DNA of 36,089 nt from Acholeplasmataceae bacterium (lineage in GTDB: Bacteria > Bacillota_I > Bacilli_A > Acholeplasmatales > Acholeplasmataceae), in assembly GCA_047921055.1 (NCBI GenBank), contig JBLRWW010000010.1, positions 1 to 36,089 on the forward strand, given 5' to 3'. Shown here piece after piece: positions 17,549-27,794 of the stretch (position 1 is the stretch's first letter; every line of letters begins with the position of its first letter). The notes beneath the pieces were generated by a model that saw only the letters and a program-made list of their open reading frames with translations, did not search any database and had not been told where the DNA came from. Position numbers and translations under genes: made by a program.

Positions 17549-18925
17549 CTAGCCCAGTTCAACCAAATCATCATTAACGGCTAGGTTTCTCACCCAATAT
17601 TCTTTTTTAAATCGGGCAAGGGCGAATAATGACTTTGGTACTTCAAGTGACTGGATGATTAAAAACATCAGGGTGATGGGTAACGTTGTAAAATATGCCA
17701 AGCTTAAAGCAATTGGTACGGATATAAGCCACATGTATCCTGAATCCATCATGAGTGTAGAACGCATGTCACCACCTGACCTTAACGTGAAATACATTGC
17801 CACATTAAATGAATACACAGGAATGAAAATGGCATTGATACGAATGTTAAACCCCGCCCATGATTTTGTGAGCGGACTCACATCATAAATATCGACAATG
17901 AAGAAACTTAATCCAAAGAGTATCATGCCCATAAAGATTGCAAAAACAACAGAGGTAAAAATAAGTTTTTTAGCATTGTCCTTGGCCAAATCAAGTTTGT
18001 TTTCTCCAAGCGTATTACCAACCATTACAGCTATCCCTGTGGCTAATGCACCAAAAGTGACAAAAACAAGTTGAGAGACTGAATTGGTAATTTGCATGGC
18101 TGATAAGGCAAAATCGCCACGTTCTGAGTATGCTTTAACAAATGTTGTCTGACCGAATGACCAGAAAAACTCATTTAAAGTCAGTGGTGTTGCCATGGCA
18201 ATAATACCCACCAATACTTTAGGGTTGATGTGAAAGATCTGTTTAAGTTTTGTACTAAAGACACTACCCTTTCTTATAAGGAAAATTAGCATCAATAAAA
18301 ACTCAACACCACGGGCAATCACTGTCGCAATGGCGGCACCTTGTGTACCCATTGCTTCAAATCCTAAGTGACCGAATATTAAAACATAATTTAATCCTGT
18401 ATTCACCAATATGGCGACCAAAGATATATATAATAATGGCTTTACAATACCAATTTCACGAAACGTGTTGGCTATTGCTATTGCCAACACCCAAGGAAAT
18501 ACACTGTATTTAATAATCCGCATATACCCAAGACTTAAGCCAATGGTTTCTTCTGTTTTCGTAAAAGCGCCAATCAGTAAGCGATCTAAAAATGTAAACA
18601 CCAAAAACGCGATGAGTGCAACAAACAGTCCTGCTAGGATTTTAAACCGAAAGGTTTGTCTGAGTTTTTCAAAATCTTTTGATCCATAATACTGAGCTGA
18701 GTAAACACCAGCACCAGACATCACACCAAATGTTAATAAAATAAAGATAAAATAGAGTTGATTAACAACAAAGACACCACCGGTTGCGAAATCACCAAGT
18801 TGACCAACCATAATGTTGTCAACCAGCTGCACAGATGATGTGATGAGTTGTTGAACAATCAATGGCAATGTAATGGCCATTAATTTTTTATAAAAGTTTT
18901 TATCGCCTATAAAGTTTCTTATCAT
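17549..18925 (-). CDS. MATE-family multidrug/sodium efflux transporter
   Basis: 458 aa, 12 TM, N-terminus KKLMAITLPLIVQQLITSSVQLVDNIMVGQLG typical of MATE (NorM/DinF). AAGGAAG SD. Confidence 0.85.
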   Translation of the reverse strand: MIRNFIGDKNFYKKLMAITLPLIVQQLITSSVQLVDNIMVGQLGDFATGGVFVVNQLYFIFILLTFGVMSGAGVYSAQYYGSKDFEKLRQTFRFKILAGLFVALIAFLVFTFLDRLLIGAFTKTEETIGLSLGYMRIIKYSVFPWVLAIAIANTFREIGIVKPLLYISLVAILVNTGLNYVLIFGHLGFEAMGTQGAAIATVIARGVEFLLMLIFLIRKGSVFSTKLKQIFHINPKVLVGIIAMATPLTLNEFFWSFGQTTFVKAYSERGDFALSAMQITNSVSQLVFVTFGALATGIAVMVGNTLGENKLDLAKDNAKKLIFTSVVFAIFMGMILFGLSFFIVDIYDVSPLTKSWAGFNIRINAIFIPVYSFNVAMYFTLRSGGDMRSTLMMDSGYMWLISVPIALSLAYFTTLPITLMFLIIQSLEVPKSLFALARFKKEYWVRNLAVNDDLVELG

Positions 18926-18973
18926 GATGTTCTTCCTTCGAGGTTTTCATATATATTTTATCATTTTTATGAA

Positions 18974-19006
18974 CAAAAAAAGCGATAAAATTAAATTTCA
19001 TCGCTT
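18974..19006 (-). terminator. rho-independent terminator after pyruvate kinase
   Basis: AAGCGAT-N13-ATCGCTT with an A6 run at 18975-18980. Confidence 0.6.
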
Positions 19007-19016
19007 AATGATATCT

Positions 19017-20435
19017 TTAGGGAATTTCGATGATGCGCATCGTATTGGTTGACCCATGTTTTTGGGCCCAACCTGATGTCATAATGATGGTTGTTCCTGA
19101 GGTAAAACCATAATCTCTGGCAACTTCAATGGCCACTTGATCATAAAGTGCGTAATCTTTAACATTATCTCTCAGTGCTGAATGCACACCCCAATAATAG
19201 GTAAGTTTTTGACACGTCTCAATATCATCGGTAATCGCGATAATCGGCACTGATGGTCTGTATTTACAAATCCGCTTGGCTGTACCACCAGTTTCTGTAA
19301 AGGCGATAATAACTTCTGCTTTAGGTAGTGCTTGTGCAGTTTGACTCACAGCAATCCCAATGGCATCATTAATGGTTTGACCGCTCGTACTGATGAGTTT
19401 TCTTAACCGTTCTTCATAAGGAATACTATCTTCAATGGCTTTGGCGATGGTATCCATCACTAAAACCGCTTCAATTGGATAATCGCCTGCAGCAGTTTCA
19501 CCTGAAAGCATAATCGCATCAGAACCGTCTAATATGGCGTTTGCGACATCGGATGCTTCAGCACGCGTTGGGCGAGGTGAAGCCATCATGGATTCTAACA
19601 TGTGTGTTGCTGTAATGACAGGTTTACCACTTAAGTTTGCTAAAGCAATGATGCGTTTTTGATAAAGTGGTACCAGTGATGTTGATACCTCAACACCTAA
19701 GTCACCACGTGCGACCATCACGCCATCTGAAACTTTTAAAATAGATTCTAAATTGTCAACGCCTTCTTGATTTTCGATTTTAGCAATCAATTCAATGTTG
19801 GTATTGCCAGCTTTTTTTAAAATCTCTTTAACTTCTAAGACGTCTTCTTTTCTTCTCACAAAAGATAGTGCGATCATATCAACATTTTCTTTTGCAGCAA
19901 ACATAATGTCATCATAATCTTTTTTTGAAATAAATGGCATCGATAGTTTAACATTAGGGACATTGACGCCCTTTTTGCTTTTGATGACACCCGGATTATT
20001 GACGCGACATGTTAACACATCTTTTGTCGCTTCAATAACTGTCAGTTTCATTTTTCCATCATCAATGAGAATGAATTCACCTTCGTTAATATCTTCAAAT
20101 AATTCTGGACATTGAATGTGAAATCTTTCATGATTCCCCAAAACTTCTTTTTTCCACAATTCAACGATATCACCTGTTTTAAAGGTTGCTTTGCCGTTTT
20201 CAAAATCGCCCGTCCGAATCTCAGGACCTTTCGTATCTGCCATAATGCCTATAAAACGATCTTTATCTTTAGCAACTGCTCTAACGATATCTATTCTTTT
20301 TTTGTGTTCATTATGATCAGCATGAGAAAAATTAAGTCTTGCGACATTCATCCCAGCATCGATTAATTTACCAATCATTTCTACTGACTCGCTAACCGGG
20401 CCAAGTGTACATACTATTTTTGTCTTTCTTTTCAT
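19017..20435 (-). CDS. pyk: pyruvate kinase
   Basis: 472 aa. KIVCTLGP N-terminus and the MVARGDLGVE active-site motif. AAGGAGG SD. Confidence 0.95.
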   Translation of the reverse strand: MKRKTKIVCTLGPVSESVEMIGKLIDAGMNVARLNFSHADHNEHKKRIDIVRAVAKDKDRFIGIMADTKGPEIRTGDFENGKATFKTGDIVELWKKEVLGNHERFHIQCPELFEDINEGEFILIDDGKMKLTVIEATKDVLTCRVNNPGVIKSKKGVNVPNVKLSMPFISKKDYDDIMFAAKENVDMIALSFVRRKEDVLEVKEILKKAGNTNIELIAKIENQEGVDNLESILKVSDGVMVARGDLGVEVSTSLVPLYQKRIIALANLSGKPVITATHMLESMMASPRPTRAEASDVANAILDGSDAIMLSGETAAGDYPIEAVLVMDTIAKAIEDSIPYEERLRKLISTSGQTINDAIGIAVSQTAQALPKAEVIIAFTETGGTAKRICKYRPSVPIIAITDDIETCQKLTYYWGVHSALRDNVKDYALYDQVAIEVARDYGFTSGTTIIMTSGWAQKHGSTNTMRIIEIP

Positions 20436-20535
20436 GAGGTTCCTCCTTGAAACTTTTCATCTCTATTATATATCATTTTGGACTAATAATCTAATTTTTT
20501 TTAGTTCAATTGTGTGATAACGTTTTAATTACAGC

Positions 20536-20991
20536 TTATTTACGTTTTAAGGATTCAATCATGTCAAGGTATGTCTTTAAATCCACTTTTTCTAGTAATG
20601 TTTCGATGAGATCGGTAGATAATTGATCTGGTGTTTTAAATCTTAAACACGATTTACCTAAATCAGGTTTTTTCCCAAACATCGCTTTATACTGATCAAC
20701 AAACCATGTTCTGACATCATGACGATAAAAGCCCATATAGTATAAGGCAACATGGTGCTTTTGATATCCCAGATGCATCAATGGAAATGGCTCTTTTGGG
20801 TTGGCATGATATCCACTTGGATACGTTTCAAACGGTATAACATAGCCAATCATGCCATACTGAAAAGTTTCTTCGAAGCCCTCAGGACAAGCTTTTAAAA
20901 TGGTCGTTCTCATGTCAGTTAAAATTGGTTCGAGTGCTTTAGGGCACGCTTTGATGTATGCTGTTATTTCAAGTGTTTTTGATTGTTTCAT
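20536..20991 (-). CDS. DUF1801 (YdhG-like) domain protein
   Basis: 151 aa. Pattern ...ETFQYGMIGYV...LGYQKHHVALYYMGFY... is typical of DUF1801. Confidence 0.6.
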   Translation of the reverse strand: MKQSKTLEITAYIKACPKALEPILTDMRTTILKACPEGFEETFQYGMIGYVIPFETYPSGYHANPKEPFPLMHLGYQKHHVALYYMGFYRHDVRTWFVDQYKAMFGKKPDLGKSCLRFKTPDQLSTDLIETLLEKVDLKTYLDMIESLKRK

Positions 20992-21012
20992 ATGTATATC
21001 CTCGCTTTTAAA

Positions 21013-21076
21013 AGTAAAAACTGCACCTTAAGGTTAGTTTAACATAGTTATCTATGTCAGACCTTGCTGGTGCAGT
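21013..21076 (-). terminator. possible imperfect terminator hairpin after gdhA
   Basis: CTGCACC...GGTGCAG outer stem with inner AAGGT/ACCTT pairing, and an A-run at 21016-21020. Long loop, weak. Confidence 0.3.
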
Positions 21077-21098
21077 TAAAATGACGATTTAAATGCTA

Positions 21099-22448
21099 TT
21101 AAATAATACCTTCAGATACCATAGCGCTATACACTTTTAAGAAACCTGCAATGTTCGCCCCTAAGACAAGATTGGTTTCATCAGCATACTTAATCGCTGT
21201 TTCATGGCATTTTTTGAAAATGTTTTTCATAATATGCTTAAGTTTCGCATCCACTTCTTCATAGGTAAAGTAAGAGTGCATGGCATTTTGAGTCATTTCA
21301 ATACCTGAAACAGAGACCCCGCCGGCATTGGCTGCTTTACCTGGTCCAAACAAAATCTTGTGATCCAATAAATATCGTGTTGCATCTAAGGTTGTTGGCA
21401 TGTTTGCGCCTTCAGCAATCAAATAGCAGCCACCTTCAACCAACGCTTTAGCGTGTTCGATATAAATTTCATTTTGTGTCGCACAAGGTAAGGCGATGTC
21501 GCATGGTGTGTACCACATCATTGATGGATCTGAGTTGAATTTTGCTTTAGGGTATTTTTTTAAATATTGCATGGTGTATTCGCCACGTTCTTCTGATAAC
21601 TCATCTACTAATGGCATGTCTAAGCCGTTTTCATCATAGATAAAACCATTAATGTCTGACATAGCAACCACAATACCACCAAGTTCAGTCGCCTTCATGG
21701 CTGCATGCTTACCAACTTTACCAGAACCTGAAATGATGATGCGTTTACCTTTAAACGTTTCATTGCGATATGTTCTAAGCATTTCTTCAACAAAATAACA
21801 TAACCCATATCCGGTTGCTTCTTTACGACCTAGTGACCCACCAAAGGTAATACCTTTACCTGTTAAAACGCCTGTAAAATCATCTTGCAGTTTTTTATAC
21901 ATGCCAAACAAGTATCCAATTTCAAGTGCGCCAACGCCTAAATCACCTGCAGGGACATCCGTATTTGGACCAATATGACGATATAGTTCTTGCATAAATG
22001 CTTGACAAAAACGCATAATCTCGCCTTCTGATTTACCACGAGGATCAAAATCAGCGCCACCTTTTCCGCCACCCATAGGTAAGCCAGTCAAACTGTTTTT
22101 AAAGGTTTGTTCAAACCCTAAGAATTTTAAAATTGATTGATTCACAGATGGATGGAACCGTAAACCACCTTTGTAAGGTCCAATGGCTGAGTTAAACTGT
22201 ACACGATATCCGTTATTGACTTGAATTTTGCCACAATCATCGACCCACGTCACGCGAAAGGCAATGACGCGTTCAGGTACAGTGATCCGCTCCATAATTG
22301 CATATTTCTCGATATTTGGATCATGCTCAATCATCACATCGATAGACTCGAAAAATTCTTCAACCGCTTGCATAAACTCAGGCTGCATAAAATAGCGGTT
22401 CTCAAGGGTTTTGAAAACTTCATTAAGGTACTGACTTTTATATTGCAT
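21099..22448 (-). CDS. gdhA: NAD(P)-specific glutamate dehydrogenase
   Basis: GGGKGG catalytic-lysine motif (LPMGGGKGGADFDP) and Rossmann motif GSGKVG. Start reset to ATG 22448 (MQYKSQYL) after AAAGTGAGG. The track start at 22460 is GTG. Confidence 0.95.
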   Translation of the reverse strand: MQYKSQYLNEVFKTLENRYFMQPEFMQAVEEFFESIDVMIEHDPNIEKYAIMERITVPERVIAFRVTWVDDCGKIQVNNGYRVQFNSAIGPYKGGLRFHPSVNQSILKFLGFEQTFKNSLTGLPMGGGKGGADFDPRGKSEGEIMRFCQAFMQELYRHIGPNTDVPAGDLGVGALEIGYLFGMYKKLQDDFTGVLTGKGITFGGSLGRKEATGYGLCYFVEEMLRTYRNETFKGKRIIISGSGKVGKHAAMKATELGGIVVAMSDINGFIYDENGLDMPLVDELSEERGEYTMQYLKKYPKAKFNSDPSMMWYTPCDIALPCATQNEIYIEHAKALVEGGCYLIAEGANMPTTLDATRYLLDHKILFGPGKAANAGGVSVSGIEMTQNAMHSYFTYEEVDAKLKHIMKNIFKKCHETAIKYADETNLVLGANIAGFLKVYSAMVSEGII

Positions 22449-22595
22449 AGTACGCCTCACTTTGATTTATTTTTACGACTAAGTCGTTTGTATTTACCCA
22501 TAAAAAAATGGAATGCTTTTTCCCATAACCATTATATAATGAAAGCGCTTTATTTTCAATGGTTATTTTGCTTTTTTTAGGAATGTCTTCTAACA

Positions 22596-22639
22596 ACGAA
22601 AAAAACAAGCGATTGCCAATATATGGTCATCGCTTGTTT
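22596..22639 (-). terminator. rho-independent terminator after ppdK
   Basis: AACAAGCGAT-N15-ATCGCTTGTT with an A7 run at 22596-22602 (U-tract on the minus strand). Confidence 0.6.
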
Positions 22640-22651
22640 GATTGATATCAT

Positions 22652-25279
22652 TTATTTTCTTGGATTTTTAATGTTTGCGTGTGCTGCTGCTAAACGTGCA
22701 ATTGGCACTCTAAATGGCGAACAAGAAACATAGTTTAATCCGATTTTATGGCAGAATTCAACTGATAGTGGATCCCCACCATGTTCACCACAAATACCAA
22801 GTTTAATATCTTTTCTTGTTTTTTGACCACCTTGAACAGCAAGTTCCATTAATTTACCAACACCGTTAATATCGATATGGGCAAATGGATCATTAGCGAA
22901 AATCTTTTTCGTGTAGTAATCGCTTAAGAATTTACCAGCATCATCGCGGCTAAAACCAAAGGTCATTTGCGTTAAGTCATTGGTTCCAAAGCTGAAGAAT
23001 TCAGCTTCTTTTGCCACTTCGTCAGCTAAAATCGCTGCACGTGGAATTTCAATCATCGTACCCACTAAATACTTAAGTTCAACACCAGCGGCCTTAATGA
23101 TTTCATCAGCTGTCTTAACGACAACATCTTTCACATACTTCAATTCTTTAACTTCACCAACCAAAGGAATCATAATTTCAGGGACGACATTGCCGCCTTC
23201 TTTATTCACTTGAATCGCAGCTTCGATAACCGCACGTGTTTGCATGACTGCAATTTCTGGATACGTAATACTTAAACGTACACCACGGTGTCCTAACATT
23301 GGATTGGTTTCGTGTAACTCGTTAATAGTACCACTTAATTCTTCAAATGAAAGACCCATTTCTTTCGCAAGTGATCTAATATCTGATTCTGCAGTCGGTA
23401 AAAATTCATGAAGTGGTGGATCCAAATAACGAACAGTCACTGGGTAACCTTTCATTTCTTTATATAGACCAATAAAGTCTTCTCTTTGCATTGGTAATAA
23501 TTTAGCCAGTGCGCGTTCTCTTTCTTGAAGTGTCTTAGCGACAATCATTTCACGAACAGCTGGAATACGGTCTGCTTCAAAGAACATATGTTCAGTACGG
23601 CATAAACCGATACCTTCAGCACCAAACTCATACGCTACTTTCGCATCTCTAGGGTTATCAGCATTGGTTCTAACTTGTAGTGCGCGATGCTTATCTGCCC
23701 ATGACATTAAGGTTGCAAAATCGCCTGATACGGTTGCATCAACAGTAGGCACTTTACCACCATAAACAATACCTGTTGAGCCATCAATTGAAATCCAGTC
23801 GCCTTCAACAAATTTGTTGCCGCCGACAGTGAAGTATCCTTCTTTTTCATTAACATGTACTGATCCAGCACCTGCAACACAGCATGTACCCATGCCACGT
23901 GCAACAACTGCCGCATGTGATGTCATACCACCGCGTGATGTTAAGATACCAGAAGCAACAATCATACCTTCAATATCTTCAGGAGATGTTTCTTGTCTAA
24001 CTAAAACCACAGGTAAGCCATCTTTAGCTTTCAATTGTTTTGCGCGTTCTGAATTAAATGTGACACGACCGGTTGCTGCACCAGGAGATGCATTAAGCCC
24101 ATTGGCAATGACAGTCGCATTTCTTAATTCTGTTTGGTCAAATTGTGGGTGTAACAATGAATCTAATTGTGAAGGTTCAACTTTTAATAAAGCTTCTTTT
24201 TCAGTTAAAATGCCTTCTTGAACAAAATCGATTGCTAATTTAACAGCTGCTTGTGCAGTCCGTTTACCATTACGTGTTTGAAGCATGTAAAGTTTACCTT
24301 TTTCAATGGTAAATTCCATGTCTTGCATATCACGATAATGTGCTTCTAACTTTTTAGAAATGGCTGCAAATTCATTATATAATGCTTCGTTATCGTTTTT
24401 AAGTTCAGCTATTGGTTTTGGTGTACGAATACCTGCAACAACGTCTTCACCTTGTGCATTAAATAAGTATTCACCATATAATTCATCAGTACCATCAGAT
24501 GGATTTCTTGAAAAGGCAACACCTGTGCCAGAATCTTCGCCCATATTACCAAATACCATGGCTTGTACGTTAACTGCTGTACCCCATTCGTAAGGAATAT
24601 GATTTAAACGACGATATGTGTTTGCGCGTGGGTTATCCCATGATCTAAAGACTGCAGTGACTGCGCCAATGAGTTGTTCTTTTGGATCTTGAGGAAATTC
24701 TTCGCCTTTAAGTTCTAAATATTTAGCCTTAAATTGAGCAACCAATACTTTAAGGTCATTCGCATCCAAATCAGTGTCTAATTCAACACCTTTTTTCTCT
24801 TTCATTTGTTCAAGTAAATGTTCGAAATTTTCTTTGCTAATGTCCATAACAACATCAGCGAACATTTGCATAAAACGACGATAAGAGTCATATGCGAAAC
24901 GTGGATTTTGGGTCAAATCTGCTAATCCTTCAACAACTTCATCGTTTAAACCTAAGTTTAAGATGGTGTCCATCATACCTGGCATTGACGCACGGGCACC
25001 TGAACGTACTGAAACAAGTAATGGATTATTGACATCGCCAAATTTCTTACCGGTTTCAACCTCTGTGTTTTCTAATGCTGTAAAAATTTGGCTGATGATT
25101 ACTGGGTCAATGATTTTACCCTTATTATAATAATCAATACATGCCTCTGTTGTTACTGTGAAGCCTTGTGGTACTGCAATACCCAAACTTGTCATTTCTG
25201 ATAAGTTGGCGCCTTTACCACCAAGAAGGTTTTTCATTGAAACGTCGCCTTCTTTAAACAAGTATACATACTTTGTCAT
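22652..25279 (-). CDS. ppdK: pyruvate, phosphate dikinase
   Basis: 875 aa. Phosphohistidine motif GGMTSHAAVVARGMG, an N-terminal ATP-grasp region and a C-terminal PEP-utilising TIM-barrel (GICGEHGGDP). AAAGGAAAT SD. Confidence 0.95.
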   Translation of the reverse strand: MTKYVYLFKEGDVSMKNLLGGKGANLSEMTSLGIAVPQGFTVTTEACIDYYNKGKIIDPVIISQIFTALENTEVETGKKFGDVNNPLLVSVRSGARASMPGMMDTILNLGLNDEVVEGLADLTQNPRFAYDSYRRFMQMFADVVMDISKENFEHLLEQMKEKKGVELDTDLDANDLKVLVAQFKAKYLELKGEEFPQDPKEQLIGAVTAVFRSWDNPRANTYRRLNHIPYEWGTAVNVQAMVFGNMGEDSGTGVAFSRNPSDGTDELYGEYLFNAQGEDVVAGIRTPKPIAELKNDNEALYNEFAAISKKLEAHYRDMQDMEFTIEKGKLYMLQTRNGKRTAQAAVKLAIDFVQEGILTEKEALLKVEPSQLDSLLHPQFDQTELRNATVIANGLNASPGAATGRVTFNSERAKQLKAKDGLPVVLVRQETSPEDIEGMIVASGILTSRGGMTSHAAVVARGMGTCCVAGAGSVHVNEKEGYFTVGGNKFVEGDWISIDGSTGIVYGGKVPTVDATVSGDFATLMSWADKHRALQVRTNADNPRDAKVAYEFGAEGIGLCRTEHMFFEADRIPAVREMIVAKTLQERERALAKLLPMQREDFIGLYKEMKGYPVTVRYLDPPLHEFLPTAESDIRSLAKEMGLSFEELSGTINELHETNPMLGHRGVRLSITYPEIAVMQTRAVIEAAIQVNKEGGNVVPEIMIPLVGEVKELKYVKDVVVKTADEIIKAAGVELKYLVGTMIEIPRAAILADEVAKEAEFFSFGTNDLTQMTFGFSRDDAGKFLSDYYTKKIFANDPFAHIDINGVGKLMELAVQGGQKTRKDIKLGICGEHGGDPLSVEFCHKIGLNYVSCSPFRVPIARLAAAHANIKNPRK

Positions 25280-25329
25280 ATTTATTTCCTTTCTTTTTTT
25301 CGTTTTATATTAAAATCTCTTTATTGAAA

Positions 25330-26280
25330 TTATGAGATCTTCTTAACCAATTTATAAAGTTCATTCTTAGGTCTTTGTTGATCAATCACATTAACAAATG
25401 GTAAGTGAATCATGCGCGAATCTCTGACACCCACACAAACACCAAAGATACCATCATTAATTAAATCAATCGCATAAGCACCCATACGTGATCCTAAAAT
25501 ACGATCATCAGGACATGGCGAACCACCACGTTGAATGTAGCCAAGTACTGTTGCTCTAGATGTGAATCCTGATTTTTCAGTAATCTCTTTAGCAAGTTCA
25601 TGTGGATCAATAATTTTTTCTGTGATTACAACAATCGCGTGTCTTCTACCCGCTTTTGAATGTTGATTTAAACGTTTAATCATTTCTTCTTTACGCATAG
25701 GATTTTCTGGAGTAATGATGAATTCTGCACCACCACAAATACCTGCGAAAAGTGCCAAGTCACCACTGTGACGTCCCATCACTTCGATGATTGAACATCG
25801 TCTGTGTGCATTAGATGTATCTCTTAATTTATCAATGGCATCGACGATGGTTTCAACGGCCGTATGAAAGCCAATCGTAAAATCGGTACCAGCGATATCA
25901 TTATCGATGGTTCCGGGTAGTCCGATGCATTGAATGCCCATTTTGGTTAGTGCCATTGCACCTTTATATGTGCCGTCGCCACCAATCACAATTAGTGCTT
26001 CAATACCTCTTTTTTTTAAGTTATCAACGCCAATTTGACGTACCTCTTCTTTAAGAAATTCAGGCACTCTAGCTGTACCGAGTTCGGTACCACCTTTGGT
26101 TAACATCCCTGAAACAGTTTCGTGTGTCATTAAGATCATATTGTCGTTTATAAGTCCTTCGTAGCCGTCTTTGATGCCAAAAATCTCATGTCCATACGAA
26201 ATACCCGTACGCACAACAGCCCGAATGGCGGCGTTCATGCCAGGCGCATCGCCACCTGATGTTAGTACTCCAATTTTCAT
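25330..26280 (-). CDS. pfkA: ATP-dependent 6-phosphofructokinase
   Basis: 316 aa. GGDGT and PGTIDND motifs with Gly at both ATP/PPi-discriminating positions. AGGGAG SD. Confidence 0.95.
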   Translation of the reverse strand: MKIGVLTSGGDAPGMNAAIRAVVRTGISYGHEIFGIKDGYEGLINDNMILMTHETVSGMLTKGGTELGTARVPEFLKEEVRQIGVDNLKKRGIEALIVIGGDGTYKGAMALTKMGIQCIGLPGTIDNDIAGTDFTIGFHTAVETIVDAIDKLRDTSNAHRRCSIIEVMGRHSGDLALFAGICGGAEFIITPENPMRKEEMIKRLNQHSKAGRRHAIVVITEKIIDPHELAKEITEKSGFTSRATVLGYIQRGGSPCPDDRILGSRMGAYAIDLINDGIFGVCVGVRDSRMIHLPFVNVIDQQRPKNELYKLVKKIS

Positions 26281-26411
26281 CTGATTTAACTCCCTACTAT
26301 TGTATGCAAATATATTATAACATAATAATTTAGAAAGTGTAGTGACACACCGATATCTTCAATTTATGAAAACGATTTACTTTGTTTTTACCCTATTTTT
26401 TTCCTATTTTG

Positions 26412-26420
26412 TGTTAAAAT
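26412..26420 (+). promoter_or_regulatory. extended -10 element (TGnTAAAAT) for the PPi-PFK gene
   Basis: TGTTAAAAT at 26412-26420, about 30 bp upstream of the ATG, within the 167-bp pfkA/pfp divergent region. Confidence 0.4.
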
Positions 26421-26453
26421 AGAAGAAAATCAATAAGAAAATGGTGAATGTAT

Positions 26454-27701
26454 ATGAAAAATTTAAAAGGCGCTGCATTGCTTGGTCAATCAGGTGGTCC
26501 AACCAGTGTGATCAACGCGAGTGCTGCAGGCGTTTTTATTGAGGCTTTAGCCCAAGAAAACATTACAGAAGTTTATGGTGCCGTTCATGGTATTAAAGGC
26601 ATCTTAAATGAAGAGTTTTATGACATTGGAAAAGAAGATATTGAAGAATTAAAGCGTTTGAAAAACACACCTTCTTCAGCCATTGGTAGTGTCCGTTATA
26701 AAATGAAAAATCCAAAGGTCGATGATAGTGAATATCAACGTCTTTTAGAGGTTTTTAGAAAATATAATATCCGTTACTTCTTTTATAATGGTGGTAACGA
26801 CTCGATGGATACATGTAATAAAATCAGCAAGTATTTTAAAAATGCTGGCTTTGATTGTAACGTTATGGGTGTCCCTAAAACCATTGATAACGACTTAAAT
26901 GTGACCGATCACTCTCCAGGATATGCCAGTGCAGCAAAATATGTTGCAACGACATTTATGGAACTTTATCATGATGCTGTGGTTTATGACATTGAACAAG
27001 TCACGATTGTTGAAGTGATGGGTAGAAATGCTGGGTGGCTCACTGCAGCTTCTGCTTTAGCACAAGCCAAAGGTCAAGGGCCAGATTTAATTTATCTACC
27101 AGAAGTTCCTTTTGACATTGAGACGTTTTTCGCACAAGTTGATGAAGTCTTAAAAGCACGTGGCAATGTGATTGTTGCGGTTTCTGAAGGTATTAAGACC
27201 AAAGAAGGTAAATATATTCCCGAACTTTATCAAGAAAACATTAAAAAAGACGCATTTGGTCATGCTCAATTAGGCGGTACAGCACAAGTATTGGCTCAAG
27301 AGTTGTCTCAAAGACGTCAAGTGAAGGTCCGTGCGATTGAATTTAGTTTACTTCAAAGATGTGCGGCACACTTAGCATCTAAAGTTGATGTGACTGAAGC
27401 ATATAATGCTGGTCGCCGTGCGGTTAAAGCTGCGGTTAAAGGATCAACAGATAAAATGGTTGGCTTTAAGCGTGTATCATCAAATCCTTATAAGATTAAA
27501 TATGTTTTAATCCCATTAAAACAAGCTGCCAATACAGAACAAAAAGTCCCACTTGATTGGATCTTGCCAGATGGTAAGGGCATGTCACAAGCGTTTATCG
27601 ATTATGCACTGCCTTTAATCCAAGGTGACGAAAAAGCAAAATTAGTAGACGGCTTACCTCATTTTGCAGCATTAAAGAAAATACGTGTTCAAAAGAAATA
27701 A
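26454..27701 (+). CDS. pfp: pyrophosphate-dependent 6-phosphofructokinase (PPi-PFK, Pfp)
   Basis: PFK fold with GGNDS in place of GGDGS (Asp at the G104-equivalent) and PKTIDND in place of PGTIDND (Lys at the G124-equivalent). This is the PPi-PFK signature. Start at 26454 (MKNLKG) after GGTGA. An alternative ATG lies at 26448. Confidence 0.88.
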   Translation: MKNLKGAALLGQSGGPTSVINASAAGVFIEALAQENITEVYGAVHGIKGILNEEFYDIGKEDIEELKRLKNTPSSAIGSVRYKMKNPKVDDSEYQRLLEVFRKYNIRYFFYNGGNDSMDTCNKISKYFKNAGFDCNVMGVPKTIDNDLNVTDHSPGYASAAKYVATTFMELYHDAVVYDIEQVTIVEVMGRNAGWLTAASALAQAKGQGPDLIYLPEVPFDIETFFAQVDEVLKARGNVIVAVSEGIKTKEGKYIPELYQENIKKDAFGHAQLGGTAQVLAQELSQRRQVKVRAIEFSLLQRCAAHLASKVDVTEAYNAGRRAVKAAVKGSTDKMVGFKRVSSNPYKIKYVLIPLKQAANTEQKVPLDWILPDGKGMSQAFIDYALPLIQGDEKAKLVDGLPHFAALKKIRVQKK

Positions 27702-27705
27702 TTTA

Positions 27706-27730
27706 AAGGCGATTTCGCCTTTTTTTTATA
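27706..27730 (+). terminator. rho-independent terminator after pfp
   Basis: AGGCGA-tt-TCGCCT followed by T8. Confidence 0.7.
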
Positions 27731-27735
27731 GATGT

Positions 27736-27764
27736 TTGTTAAATGGTTAATTTTTATATATAAT
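27736..27764 (+). promoter_or_regulatory. promoter of membrane-protein / M20 peptidase operon (TTGTTA-17-TATAAT)
   Basis: TTGTTA at 27736-27741 and TATAAT at 27759-27764. GAGGTGA SD precedes the ATG at 27795. Confidence 0.5.
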
Positions 27765-27794
27765 GTTATCATAACAAACATTTGAGGTGATGAA

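Noticed and set aside
22221-22580. 119-aa plus-strand ORF spanning the gdhA 5' end and the gdhA/ppdK intergenic region
   Set aside because: Overlaps gdhA antisense and the ppdK terminator. Translation is low-complexity. No SD.
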